Part shown: piece after piece, positions 12,421-25,814 of the stretch | How positions within the stretch are numbered: the first letter of the stretch is position 1 | Layout of the letters: every line of letters begins with the position of its first letter | Source of the DNA: Azolla caroliniana | Taxonomy: Eukaryota > Plantae > Polypodiophyta | Assembly (NCBI GenBank): GCA_043228905.1 | Contig: JBHGNT010000002.1 | Coordinates: 7,316,001-7,380,000, forward strand | Direction: 5' to 3' | Length of the DNA stretch: 64,000 nucleotides | Notes under the pieces: model-generated | The model's input: the letters and a program-made list of their open reading frames with translations, nothing else | Database searches by the model: none | Told to the model about the DNA's origin: nothing | Program-made: the position numbers and the translations under genes

Positions 12421-13353
12421 AGCATGAGATGTTATTTAGCAAAACGAGTTGATCTTGATGCAAATTTCAAGAAAGGGCCCCTTATTTGACAAACAGTCAT
12501 CATTGATCACAATTTCACTGTTTTTTCATGCCTATTCAAGGAAGGCCCCCTTATTTGAGAAACAGTCATCATTGAACACAATTTCACTGTCACTTGGCTC
12601 CTATTTGTTAGTTCCTTTGGTTTATTTTAAATTTTTTGGCATCCAAAACCTTAGTCACATGTTTAATGTAACACTAAATGTCTACAAGGTTAGCATTCAT
12701 GATAGTAGTTGTGTTTGATTCAGCATTGTTTTATATCCTCTCATTCCCTACGGCTTCTGTTTTTGCATATTCATGAAGTCTCAAACCAGATTTGTTACTT
12801 GCAAGCAAACAATTGTGCCTAGTAAAGCTCTCAGAACATTTAAAGTAAATTGCAAAAAATCATACTCATTGTCACATTGCATTAATGTTTGGAAATGGGA
12901 GGGTCTTAATCTAGACAATATGTTGCAGGAGGCCTTGCACAGTTATTTTAAACTTCCACTAGTTGTAAACTGGCCCATTACAAAATTAAATGGTCTCTCT
13001 TCATTGACAGTGACATTAATATGAATTTCCAACATAAAAGAGAAACACTCAATGAACTGCTACAGGGGATATAAACACTCACAAATCATTGTGTGAAAGA
13101 GGTAATGGCATTAACCAATGATAAGGGATAAAATATCTATGTTTCAGCCTAATTTCTCGCCTATCTTTCATAAAAAATATACACCCCTTTTCATCCCTCA
13201 CTATAAGAGTATAGAATATACCTATAACAATACAGCAATCACCATAGATAGTAAACTGTAATAGAAGAGGTAGCTTATCCAGGGATGCAAGTTACTTGAT
13301 AATCATATCTATCAATTCCACATGTCAAATTGTAAGCATTCACAATCATGCCT

Positions 13354-14831
13354 TCAAGATAAAAGCCCATATGCTTTTAAAATCGTCTGTAGATCCTTAA
13401 TAGTCTTCACAATATGGTGAGGTTTTGGTGCACTTCTTTCCTCAATTCCCAGGGTGTTCACCCACACTGTTGACATAAATCCAGCATTCAATCCACCCTG
13501 ACAATGAGAACAGTGGACACATCAGCATAAGATTGGGATAGGTTGAGCAAACAAAAAAACAAGCGTCCTTGAACTGCCTCTGACCTGTATATCTGTTTTA
13601 AGGTTGTCTCCCACCATTATGGATTTCTCTGGTGTGCAACCAACCAGCTTACATGCTTTCAAGAAGATGTCTTTGTGTGGCTTCTCATTAGGTTCTTCTG
13701 AAAGAAGAAAGAAAATTTGTTGCTGCTCCATAATATCAATAAGAAAAGAGTGTTCCTCGATTATCATACATAAACGTACCTCCTCCCACAACAATTATAT
13801 CAAAAAGCTCATCTGCTTTGCATGCCTTCAATTTTTCCCTTTGTATCTAAAAATTACACTTTTAGGTATGGAAATGAGGATAAAAACCATAAGTGTAAGG
13901 TGTCAAAACTAGTAAACAGCACACTTGTTAGAGATAATTTCCAGACCTTTGGATGTCCATTTGTAATGATCCCCATTTTAACACCTTCTGAATGTAAGTT
14001 TTTAATTAACTGGCAACCAAAAAGCAACCAACAGGGATAATTGAATCAGAAGTACATAACCAGGATTAGTGTGCCTATAATATATATATATATATATATA
14101 TCATAGCTTGATACTCTTAAGAGTACCTATAGGAATGTACCAATTCAACTCCTTCAGCCCATTGAAAGGCAAGCAACCGTTCACTGTCAAAGCAACTCTG
14201 AAGGTCCTAGACACCAGCATAAAGAGAGCAAGAGCACTTTAGACATGAATCAATTGATGCCCGAATATTACATAGTGCTCTGTAAATACCCTTGCAAATT
14301 GCATATCATCAACAGCTTGGGACAATAGGCCTTTGTTCCATAGCTGAGATCTCCATTCGGTAACATCTACCTGGTAAATAAAGGAGCAAAAAAAAAGAGC
14401 AACTCAGGAAACTGGAATAGATCATTAAACTCAAAAGACAATAGAATTCTAGGATTAGTGAACAATGCCTTGGATATTAAACATTCTGGCTTGGATCTAA
14501 TAGAAAACCATACACTTCAGGAGATATCCCCAAGACAAGAAATGAAGTGAGTGAGAGAGAGAGAGAGAGAGAAGAAGATGAGGTTCACCTGGTGGGAGGG
14601 ATCCCATGGCTGAGAGATGAAATGGGCCACAAAGCGATCGATGACAGCTTGGTGATCCAGAAGAGGAAGGCGGGAGGCAAGGCGGAGCTTCACAGCTGCA
14701 AGGGCCTTCTTATCAGCGGCGTGAGTGAGAACTAGAGTGTCGTCCAAATCAAAGAAGACAGCGTGGGCCTTCCTCCCCTCATTTCCCATGGCCCCCCCCT
14801 CCACAAAGGTAAATGCAGGCAGAGAGACCAT
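13354..14831 (-). CDS. HAD-superfamily hydrolase (N-acylneuraminate-9-phosphatase/NANP-like), ~7 exons
   Basis: FFDLDDTL (motif I), GIITNGH (II), EKPHKDIF (III), MVGDNLKTDIQGG.NAG (IV) are joined by GT-AG introns; TGA stop at 13354-13356. The start could be the downstream MGNEG Met instead. Confidence 0.9.
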
Positions 14832-15267
14832 GGCGATGAGGAAGAAGAGCTCTCTGCAAATCTGCAGAGGAGGAGGAGGAGGAGGAGGAGGAGAAGGAGA
14901 AGGAGAAGGAGATTTCCCACTTGGCCAAAGACCATGGCCGTCCTCCTGGAAACCCGATGGACAGCTCCCGCCCGCCCGGCCGCAAATGACCGGCCATGAC
15001 TCCTTTGAAAGGAAAGGAACTCAGGGAAAGAGAGAGCCTTCTGACTTGTCCACCATTTTTAGTTTGGATGCCTTGAGATCCTTTTTTTTTTTTTTCTCGG
15101 CCCGCCTCATGCCTCACATAACAATATTGGCGAACATGAATTTACGTGTCCGGCCCGGTACATGGATGGTATATTGCTTTAATATATCTTTGTGCTCTTT
15201 TATAGACTTTTTTAGAATAGCCTCCCTCGTCTTGATGCAACTGATGCTTGCTAATTCGATTCACGAG

Positions 15268-15452
15268 CTTGACGTGTTTTTGTGGTAACGCTTGGAATTT
15301 GTACTCCAGCTTAAACCTTCCAATTCCGATGACCTAGTTGATGGGTCTGGTCTTTTGGGCTTGACATGTTTTGTGGTAACGCTTGGAATTTGTACTCCAG
15401 CTTAAACCTTCCGGTTCCGATGACCTAGCCGATGGGTCTGGTCTTTTGGGCT
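15268..15452 (+). repeat. direct tandem duplication, 2 x ~93 bp
   Basis: Two near-identical copies of GCTTGAC.TGTTTT(T)GTGGTAACGCTTGGAATTTGTACTCCAGC...GGTCTTTTGG. Confidence 0.9.
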
Positions 15453-17643
15453 CATCTCGCGATCAATTGGTTTGATATTGTAGATTCGGGTTCCGAGCCA
15501 AAGAATTGTTAACTATCCATATTTTCAGTTGAGGATCATATGCACTAACAACTTGATCCTAAATATAGGTTTTATGAATTTTTGGGATTATAACAAAGTG
15601 ATTGTTTGAAGACATTGCATGATAGAGCAAAATGTTGGAGCAATGCATTTGTACATCATATCATAAACTTAAAAACCCCTTGCAAATTCAACGTAGCAAA
15701 TTTTATAGTAAAGGGTCAACACCTTAACAACATGATTTCATTAAAATGTGGATTTGACATTGGCTTCACTATAATAAAATTTCTTCATATTTTTAATTTA
15801 AAAATTATGCACACTAATAATTTGCTCCCAAAAATATGGCTCTTATGTATGCTTTGCATGAGCAAGTGCTAAGTATGTGTGTGACTTACTACTAGAGTAC
15901 CTTACAATCTCTAAGTCCAATACCCACAATATCTACAAGATAAATGCAATTGGTCAACTATCAAGCTACATTATGATGATTGTTGTCTAGGAGGGAACCA
16001 AGGACTCCTTATATGATACTCTAGTTGAAGGCCCATGCTTAGACCCCTAATCCTTGCCTACTTTGAGTGCAATTTGCAATTGACTAGATCTTGATCATAG
16101 CATGAGGACTCACTTAATAACATGTTAAATGTTGCATTGATGAAGTGACGATTATAGGACAAACAAAACAAAAATAGTTATACAACACGAAACAAAGATG
16201 TTTTTTTTTTCCAAAAAAAACTCCTTCCATTAGTTATAAAGATTTTACAGAAACAAAGATGGGTTTGTAATATGTATTATGCAATATACAAGATAGATCA
16301 ATAATGTACATTGAGGAATTGAAAAAATGCCACACTTAGATTATGCATACTTTCATTGTTGTGCTGCTACATTGTATGCCCTTTAGGCAACCTTTATAAA
16401 TGTCTTGGTCGGTCACCATCCCGATATTCAGCTTGAATTACATAAATGTTGGTTGGCTAACCAATGGTCGATGTCCTCTTATTGTAGTACATATATTACT
16501 ACTTAAAGAATATTATTATACCTAGTTTACACATTGTGTCCTTCTAGTAGTGTACATACTTGCTAAATGACCAACGCCAAGCAAGGATCGAAAACATTAG
16601 TGTTGGCATAAGCTGATGCTTTTATAAGAAACACCAAAATTGTAAATAATTTTAGCAAAAGCTTTATATATTTCTATAAAAAACGAGTTCCCTTTGTGAA
16701 CCTTACCAACTAGCAAGCTCAGAAGTTCAAATTCAAATTTTAATGAATGAGAGCATTTCTTTTCCAAAACTTCAGTTTGATTTCATTAAGTTTCATATGA
16801 TTTTATGCAATTCTTGAAATATTACCAAATCAAGCTTCACTACACCATATTAGTTTCCAATGCCAAGGTCTTGAATGTATCATATATTGCGGTGAGCTTA
16901 ACTCTATCTATCCACAACCAATTGTTTGTCAAGTTTATGTGCTAGTTATGGTTGGTAATCAAGGCTCATATTGTGCTCGGTTTGTCACTTTTTATGAGTA
17001 GTGCTAGTAATGGTAGTAGATTTTGGTTTTATGCGGCTTTTGTTCAATGGTTAATCGAGAACCCTCTTGAGTTTTGTGCTTCAAATTATTTACATATATT
17101 ATGTAGGTTTTTGACCACTACAATTATGACTACTACTACCACTGCTACTACATTTAAGGGTGTTGCTAGGTCCACACCCATAATGTTTATCTCAAACTAA
17201 ATTTATGGAGACATTTTATATTGAATGTTGGTTGCACCATTCATGTATAGCCCAAAATCATTAAAAGGAAGGTGAATACTTATGTCCAACGTTAATGTTG
17301 AGGAGAACCAAGATGAATACCAATATCAATCGTGATGTTATGGCTTTTTAGTTATGCTTATTGTGGGTGACCTATAATTTGGTTCGTTTATTTGAGACAA
17401 TGACAGGAATATGATTCAATGTGTGAAATTGGTACAAATATATTATTGGCGAAACTTATGATAGTGACATCCATAAAAGATTAGTTGAAAGAAGATCCTA
17501 CCGCAAGTACTTCCCATCCTCAAGCCCCATCCCCAAATTATTACATCACCGACCAAAACTCATGGATTATGCATGAGGCCGGGTAAAAAGAACAAAGTAG
17601 CTCAACATCCTATACATATCATACCATTCTTTTACCCTTATTG

Positions 17644-20600
17644 TCAATGACTTCTACCTATAGATGCTACGGCTACACCCACTGCGGCTATCGCTATTCC
17701 TGTTACGAGCAATGGTAGTTTCATTCGGAACCTAACTTTCTCTTTCCCAATCACATTGTTGTCGGTCTTCGAATAATCCTGGAACACCATAAGGGTCTTC
17801 TTTAGTCACGAATGTACAAAAGTTAAAACCATTAAGGAATTTGGCATAATTCTGAATGCGAACATGACAATCCTAATTTACAGATTTGAATAGTACGGGG
17901 CAAACTTTGATGAGCCTTTTGTTTTCACTATAACTAGTGCTTTAGTTAAGGCTAAATGCTGCCAACTAAGTAATGACACCCCTACTATAATTATGTCAAT
18001 CCTCTCTTGCGACTAATGTAAAACCCGACATTTTAACCACTTAATAATGTAGTACTTACAATACACACCATGTGGAAACAAACCATGGCACAATATTAGA
18101 CTCCTTACCTGTTCTTTGTCCGGACTATGGTCATCACTCTCACCAGGTTCTACACCTTTGTCTCCATTGGTTGCTTCATGTGAAGATTCCTCGAATCCAA
18201 GATGAATTTGCTCATTTTCCCGAGCTCGGGAATGGTCCTCTAGTCCATCGAGAGATGGCACTAGGAAAGATCTCGAAATGACATCAGACTCTACATGCTT
18301 TTCCACTTCATTCTCATCAATGATTTCATTAACATTGCTACCTTGTGCTTGTTGAGGAATCTCAGCATACCCATCGAAGTACGACGAATTGGACGATGAC
18401 CCACCATATAACTTGGTTTCCTTGAATTTCCTCGCTTCTTCTTCGAAAGGTATTTGCTCGATAAGTTTCTCGACTTCATTGGGTCCGTCGGTAGATTGAT
18501 CCGAACTGGCGAGATTACCTTCGTCAAGCTCTTCTAATTTGATTGTAGGTACAAGTTCCTTAACCTCTTGTTGAGCATAACTCATCATGATGAGTTCTTG
18601 GCTACCTCCATCAGCTGAAGCTCCTCCACATGCCTTGGGCAATGGTGGAGATCCGTTGCAAAGCTTTTCTACAGCACTAGTCAGAGTTTCCGGAACAATT
18701 TCTGATGCTACCACGGAATTCTGGTTACCGGTGTTTTCTATCGGCTGTTCTGGTGATAGAGTTTTTCCTTTAGGAATCTCATGAGGAGTTGAAGACACTG
18801 AATCAATGGTACTAGCTGGAGTTTCCAGAACAATTTCTGATGCTACCACAGAATTCTGGTTTCCGGCGTTTTCTATCGGCTCTTCTGGTGATAGAGTTTC
18901 TCCTCTAGAAATCTCCTCATGAGGAGTTAGAGACACTGAATCAATGGTACTAGCTGGAGTTTCCGGAACAATTTCTGATGTTAACACGGAATTCTGGTTA
19001 TCGGCATTTTCTAATGGTTCCTCCAGTGATAGAGTTTCTCCTTTAGAAATCTCAAGAGGAGTTGGGGACACTGAATCAATGATACTAGCTGGAGTTTCCG
19101 GAACAACTTCTGATGCTAACACGGAAGCTTGGTTATCGCCATTTCCTAATGGTTCCTCCGGTGATAGAGGTTTTTCTGTAGGAATCTCAGGAGGAGTTGG
19201 GGAGACTAAATCTATGGTACTAGTTGAAGTTTCAGGAACAACTTCTGATGCTAATATCGGATTCTGGCTATTGGCATTTTCTATCGGTTCCTCTGTTGAT
19301 AGAGGTTTTTCTATAGGAATCTCATGAGGATCTTGGGATACTAAATCAAAGGTGCTAGTTGGAGTTTCTGGATCAATTTCTGATGCTAACACCGGATTCT
19401 GGCTATCGGCATTTTCTATGGGTTCCTCTGTTGATAGAGGTTTTTCTATAGGAATCACATGAGGATCTGGGGATACTAAATCAAAGATGCTAGTTGGAGT
19501 GTCCAGAACAGCTTCTGGTTTTAACACAGAAACCTGGTTATCTGCATCTTCTATGGCATTCTCTGGTGATGGGGTTTTTTCTATAGGAATCTCATGAGGA
19601 CTTGGGGACACTAAATCATCATGTGGAACATCAACTGATGATGGCCTCTCATCTTCTCCGGGAATTCCTTCATGGTTTGTATTAGTGGATCGACTTTCTT
19701 CATCATGAGACTCTTCGAGACATTGATTAATCTCTTCTTTCGAGTCCTTTTGATCAATACCAGTTACATCTTCTAAAGTCGAAACAATATCATCCCCTAC
19801 AGACTTAACAGTTTGAACTGATGGCGACTCTTCGTCTTGCTCATTAGGATTGACATGAGCCTCCTTCAATCCATTTGCACTTGGGGAAATCACTGGCAAT
19901 GTTGAGGCTCGGTCATCTTCTTCTGTTACGTTAGTAACAATATCTTCGATCGTACTTGATGTGGAATTGTAGTGCTGTCTAGAATCCAGAGACTCCTTGC
20001 CACTACTAGGCAAAGAGGTATCAATATCTCCTTCTGTATTAACATTAGTATCATCTTGTGTCGGTGGATCGAGTGCCGGCAAAACTTCTTCGCCATTAGA
20101 CTCCACATACTCGACCTCGCGACTTGCACTAACATGCAATGAAGCTTGATCAACATCTCCTTCGATCGTGACAGTACCTTCTTGTTTAGTTGGAACCAAT
20201 GTCAAACCTTCTTCTTCTTCCTCATTAGGATTCACATGCTCATCCTTGCTAATTGTACAAGATGAAATCCTCGGCAGCGTGGATTGAGTATCGCCTTCTG
20301 TAAGTTCGGATTTATCGTCTTCTTCTATAGCTGGAACTAGAGTTACTGGCTCTTCGTGCAAGCCTCTAGATTTCACATACTCCTCCTCTTTGCTGTTACT
20401 TGGGGATGAGTCTTCAACATCTCCTTCTGTACTAACAATACCTTCTTGCTGGGTTGGAACTGCTGTCAAAACTTCTTCATCAATACCATTCATGGCTCCT
20501 TCTTGCAAGGAAAACTCCGATTCAATGATGGCCTCAGATATTTCTTCAGAACCCGGACTAACCTCCAAAATGTTGACATATGTAGGCACACCCTCAACCA

Positions 20601-21447
20601 CCTCTCGAACATCATCCGATGTTGGAATAACTTCAGGATTAAGAGGCTTTTCTTCTTCGTTTGATGTGTCCTCCAAGTCCTTGCTTTCTGTAATCAGAAT
20701 CGGAGATACTTCCACAGTATCCGAACTAGATTCAGGGATATCTACACCACTGAGCTCGGTTTTGTGATTAAGTGTATCATCATCGAGCTCATTCGAGTTG
20801 TGATGAATTATATCAACATCATCGAGCTGAGCTAAGTTGTGCTTATTACTGATTCCATCGAGTTCTGATTTGTGGTTAGTATCAACAAAATCAAGTTTGC
20901 ATTTGTGAGTAATTATATCGGCATCATTGAGCTCGGATAAATTGTTATCGTTAGCATTGATACCATTGGGCTCCGAATTGTGGTTAGGATTGTCACCTTC
21001 AAGCTCTGATTTGTGATTAACTATATTGGCATCATTGAGCTCGGGTAAATTGTGATGAATAATATCAACACCATTGGGATCGGATTTGTGATTAATTATT
21101 TCGATGCCATTGAGGCCAGATAATTTGTGATTAATAACATCAACACCTTCGATCTCGGATAAATTGCAATTAGTATTCACACCGTCGATCTCAGATCTGT
21201 GATTAATATCGACATTGGGTGCATCTTCTACAGGGATAGGGGGCGAGGGTTGATCTTCTTCAGTGATAGCTGGTGGAATCTCTAGGGAGGATCTTAGGGT
21301 AGAATCTTCTGGAGATTCCACGGAAGCTAGCAGCTCAGCTGCCGTAGTTGAGGCAGAGGGTTCGTCATCGATTGTGGTGTCTTCATTTTTGGCGTCATGG
21401 ACCATCATCTCTGCGTGCAGTGAGCTCTGCTCTGTTGCTTCGGACAT
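17644..21447 (-). CDS. large acidic, repeat-rich, probably disordered protein with a C-terminal transmembrane tail (1157 aa, 2 coding exons)
   Basis: Exon 21447-18109 ends CAG|GTAAGG in phase 0; exon 17778-17644 (TTCCAG|) encodes DYSK...RFRMK-LPLLVTGIAIAAVGVAVASIG-RSH*. No catalytic domain recognised. Confidence 0.8.
18670..19617 (-). repeat. coding tandem repeat, 7 x 135 bp (45 aa)
   Basis: D(L/S)VSPxPHEIP.EKPLSPEEPIENADNQNSVLASEIVPETP.STI repeated 7 times (one copy is 46 aa). Confidence 0.92.
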
Positions 21448-23658
21448 GGTAGGAATTACAGGCAGGAAGTGACAGATCGCTATCTCTCAGAGGCAGGCAG
21501 GGTATTTGTTTCTGAATTAAGCTCACTAAGTAGCCTATTAAGGTTCACTTACTTCTTTCCTCTCTTAATTAAGTTAACTTGAGTGGCTCCTCCATCTTTC
21601 ATGTTTTCTCTACATAAAACTAACTCAATGAGTTCTCTCGGACGAAACAAAAGACAAATGTCCGGCTTACGAAAAAAATCACAAATTTTACCGGGTGCCG
21701 AGAAAGCAGGATTTCCCGGTGTATATATTATATATTTATTATTAACTATGCACAACACTACATTTCTGCGATCTGGTATCGGCAATTTAACGTCCCTAAT
21801 CGGGCTTGGATCGACCCCCCCCCCCCCCCCCCCCCCCCTCCCCCCCTCTTCCAGAGAATGCTGAAGAAGAGCTCCCGAGACATGAGCTCGGAATTTGGTA
21901 TCCCCTAGTTTCTTTTACCTTTCGTAATGGACATAAGGAATGCCACACACCAACAGATGCTACAGTTGCTCGAATGGAGGAATCTCCGCTTGTCTCTTGT
22001 TGTATGGCACACCTTTTTCAACGCGACTATTTTGTTTTGATGTGGACATGCATATTGTTCTCGGTTAGATCATATGTGCGCGTCAATTATGCTTTCTTTT
22101 AAGATGTGAACTAAGGTGTTAAAACCGAGATGAGGTGTCAGTAGGGGCGGTGCCTATTATACTATATTCAAAAGGGGGGTGGGCATACTTTCATGATATA
22201 TGTAGCTATTCAATTTATTCACAAATAATGCTTGTACTTTGCGACATACTAGATGTTGTCATATACATACATATATGGATTGGTGATTGTCCAATATGAC
22301 ATCAATGCTTGCTCTCTTTACATTTGATTGTTTTGCAAACAATTTGTTCATTGGGAAGATGACGCTTAATACAATTAAGAGAACTCAAAGGAATGTAGGC
22401 ATGTATACAACATCATTCTACATGATATCTAGTATTAAACAACTAGCGTTTGTCTATACCATGTTAAAAGAATAAAATGTTGAGAAAATGTATTGTGTAT
22501 GCTTATATAATTATCTACTGCAAGTAAACAATCAAATTACTAGAAATATTCGCGAATAAATGAACATAGGTATCATTATCATGTTATTCGTTAAAGACAA
22601 TTGCATGAAGTTATTTTATTCTTGTCACATTAGTGTTTTGTTTTGTTTTGTTTTATGTATGCATATAGTATCTATGTGTGTGTATGTATGCATTTGATTG
22701 TGCCGATACTCCATGTACATATGCGACAAAGTGCATTTTATCAAAAAATTCAAGACCCATATATGGATGGAGAGCATACGACGAGAGAAGGGTACATTTT
22801 TCCAATAACTCTCCATTGTTAATGAATTGTTCCATTAAAGTCCATTAGAGTAATTGCTATTGTATAGTTTGGGATGGGAATCAACAGTTGAAAAGAAAGA
22901 TTCTATGTAAATGTTTTTTATCGAGGCAACCTTTCCCATGTTGGGCAAGATTTATAGAAAGTGGCTCACACATGTATTGCCATGCCACCAAATCAAAACA
23001 AATTTGTTTGCTTTACGATTGTCAATAAAGAATTGAAATCACTAAAGCCACAATTTATGCGTCTCTATCTTAATCATCAATGTCATCTATAGTAACCCTA
23101 TGACCTTTTAATCAAGACATATTGTGTTGTTTAGAAAAAGATGGAGAACATGCACATTTTTATTCTTATGATGCAAATATCATAATGTAACATTCGGAAA
23201 GAAATCTAACATCTGGAAAGATCAAAATTCCAACCACTAACTTATCTACTAATATTTCAAACAACTAGTTAGTTGCAATATATGCTTCTCTATTACCTTA
23301 TGAAGTATATAAAGTTAATAGAGAGTGTTGTAAATAGGACACACTAATTAAATAGAGAGTATATCTTTGAAGGAAAGATGTAGGAAGTTGTATGGGACTC
23401 CCAAGGAAAATAAGCATGCTAAATGGATGGAAACAAAGTGGAAGAGAAGTGAGAGGAAAGTTGGCCATTCTCCTAAAAATAATGACTAGTAATTTGTAAA
23501 TGGGCGAAAAAGAGTTTGGTTGAGGTGGGAATGTGTTAGCAAAAATGCTCTAAGAAGTGATATTACACCACCAAATTGCCACTGTGTTGTCATATGCTTC
23601 ATTGAATGAAATTTCACTTATAGGAAATTCAAGGGGATATTCCACGTCTCAAAGCAAA

Positions 23659-23840
23659 GGAGGTTCATAGATTGACAAGTTTCATGGATCTAGCTTTGTC
23701 TTGTGGAAAAAATAGATCCACGATGTTATGATCTAAAGGCCGTGGTGGAGACCAGATGACAAAAGGAGACATGCCAACATGCAAGATGAAGATTGGTTGG
23801 AATTAGACAATCAATCTACACCTATTAGACAACATCTATT
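23659..23840 (+). pseudogene. degraded copia gag N-terminus
   Basis: IDKFHGSSFVLWKK*I...MQDEDWLELDNQ...IRQHL resembles the copia gag start; contains stops. Confidence 0.5.
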
Positions 23841-24419
23841 TCCTAGTCCTAGATTTTGGTAGATATTTGGAAAAGCTTAGTAAGAAGTTGCTATGTTATG
23901 TACGCATAACATGGTGAAGTAACCCAATAATATTAACAAAACATTGGTGAAGTAGAAACAAACTAATGCGATTGGGTAGAGGGACTAATAAGTGCATGCA
24001 TTATAATGACCTTGAAAATTAATGGATGGACAATCTTTTAAAAAAGCACCCTTATTCAAGGGGTTTATGTATGAATGTGAGGCTTGACTATACATTAGAT
24101 CAAATGGTTGAAGCCTATAAACACGAATTATACGGGTAGGCTTTCGTTCGGATGATCATGTTACCTCTTCCAAGGTACTAGTAATCCTAATATTTGTTGG
24201 TATGAGACATCGCCAATAGATTGGCTATACATGTCAATCATAACTTGGGGGCGGTCGGGAGGATTGTTCCTTTATCCAATTTATTCATCTTTTTTACTTT
24301 AATTTGATCTATTGATTGGTAAGAAGTTCTTAATAGACACACATGAAAATACCATACCAAACAAAATCTATTTGAAGAAGAGACTCTATCTTTGGGCATG
24401 ATGGAAAGGATCGAATATG

Positions 24420-24935
24420 TGTTACCTATATGGGTATGAAGTTACCGAAAACCGGAATGAAGTGAGAAAGGACCGAAAGTAGTCCAAAAGGAGCCGAATA
24501 GTCGAAAGCCGAAAAGGTGTAAAATCGGCAATATTAGGTGTGAAGCTGAATTATATGTAGCCAAAATTATTATTGCCGAAAAGAATGTATTAAGTAAAAA
24601 TGTAAGTAGTCGATATGTAACTGTAAATTGGAAACGGTGTGCCGGTTCGTATGTAACTTCTCCATGCTTTTCGTATATAAAAGGGCATGTGTATTGTACA
24701 GAAGAGGAAGGGCTTAATAGAGAGATATTTTTCGGCTATACATTTTTTGTTTTTCTTGTCAGTGTTATATTTCTTATTTTCCTAAGTTAAGTGTTGTGTG
24801 CATAAGTTGATTCGGGTGTAGCCAATTCGACTATCTACTTATTGTTAGTGTGAATTCCATATCTTTGACCACTACCTTTGGTGAAAGGTATTCAAGGATT
24901 GAATATCTGATCCGATGTCGTGGGGAATTCCAACT
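24420..24935 (+). repeat. possible solo LTR
   Basis: Starts TGTTACC, has CCGAAA-rich U3-like repeats, TATATAAA at ~24676 and a T-rich downstream part. The 3' CA end and TSD were not confirmed. Confidence 0.3.
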
Positions 24936-25461
24936 ACTGCGAGAAAGGGAGCCGGAGAGCGCGGGAACGGGGGTGTGCATGAATACCCACAAAGTTGTCT
25001 TTATGTAGAAAAGTGCGCAAGTAGCATAGGACTAACAAGTACTAGGTAGTAGGATTTGATGGGTACTTTAGTGTCCCATGAAAAGAGAAGAATAAAGCAT
25101 GTGTGGGAAAGGAAATCGAGGCAAAATCATTGACAGAATTTGGTGTCTTAAACATGATGTAACGACCTCGCTATAGAAGGGGAGGCTTTGAACTGTTCTG
25201 GGATCCACGTTTTTGGAGAACGAAGTGTTGTCCGACCAGGCTCTGCAAACTTCCATTATCTCTCATTCTCTGTTTCTATTTTTTGGTTGTGTTGCGAGGC
25301 CTCTGTTTCGCGCTGGTAGCTTGTGTGCTCCTGATAGGAGGCTTGCTAACATGTGTGTGTGTGTGTGTGTCGTAAGCTCTAAGCTCTGTTGCTAGTCACA
25401 TCCGGTTGTAATCTTTTCTGGTTCGCTGTTAATCATTAGTATCTTGTTGAGTCCCTCCATG

Positions 25462-25740
25462 TGTTGTGCATCCCCGTGTCCTTACCTCTGTTCTGTTCCC
25501 GTTTACGTGTATGTATCAGAGGACGTCCACCTGTGAGCTCATCGTTGTTATTCGGCAACTGGTCCGGAACAATATTTGATTCTGAGCTTGTGTGCTCACC
25601 ATCCACCATCCCGTCATCAATCCAAAGCGGGTATGAGTCCGGAATCCGTTACGGACAACCTTCCTCTCACACCAACTCCTTGGTCCGGGTCCCCGGTGGT
25701 CCCACCTCGTTTCGACACATAATTGTGGAAAACCATGACA
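25462..25740 (+). repeat. gypsy 5' LTR (279 bp)
   Basis: TGTTGTG...CATGACA, colinear with 43374-43652 and followed by the PBS. Confidence 0.88.
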
Positions 25741-25744
25741 TATT

Positions 25745-25762
25745 TGGTGAACCCGATGTGAA
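25745..25762 (+). promoter_or_regulatory. primer binding site complementary to the 3' end of tRNA-Trp
   Basis: TGGTGAACCCGATGTGAA matches 17/18 with the reverse complement of the plant cytosolic tRNA-Trp 3' end (...TTCACGTCGGGTTCACCA, from memory); 4 nt after the LTR end. Confidence 0.75.
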
Positions 25763-25814
25763 CAGGGGCGACAGGGGAGTCCAAGATTAGAGGAAATGAA
25801 CTCACTGAAGCAAT

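Noticed and set aside
14725-15288. Overlapping ORFs with poly-Gly, poly-Arg or poly-Leu
   Set aside because: They derive from a (GGA/GAA)n microsatellite in the HAD gene's 5' region.
18013-18108. ORF-track C-terminus VRSLILCHGLF...
   Set aside because: Read-through of a strong GTAAGG donor; the spliced exon at 17778-17644 is more plausible.
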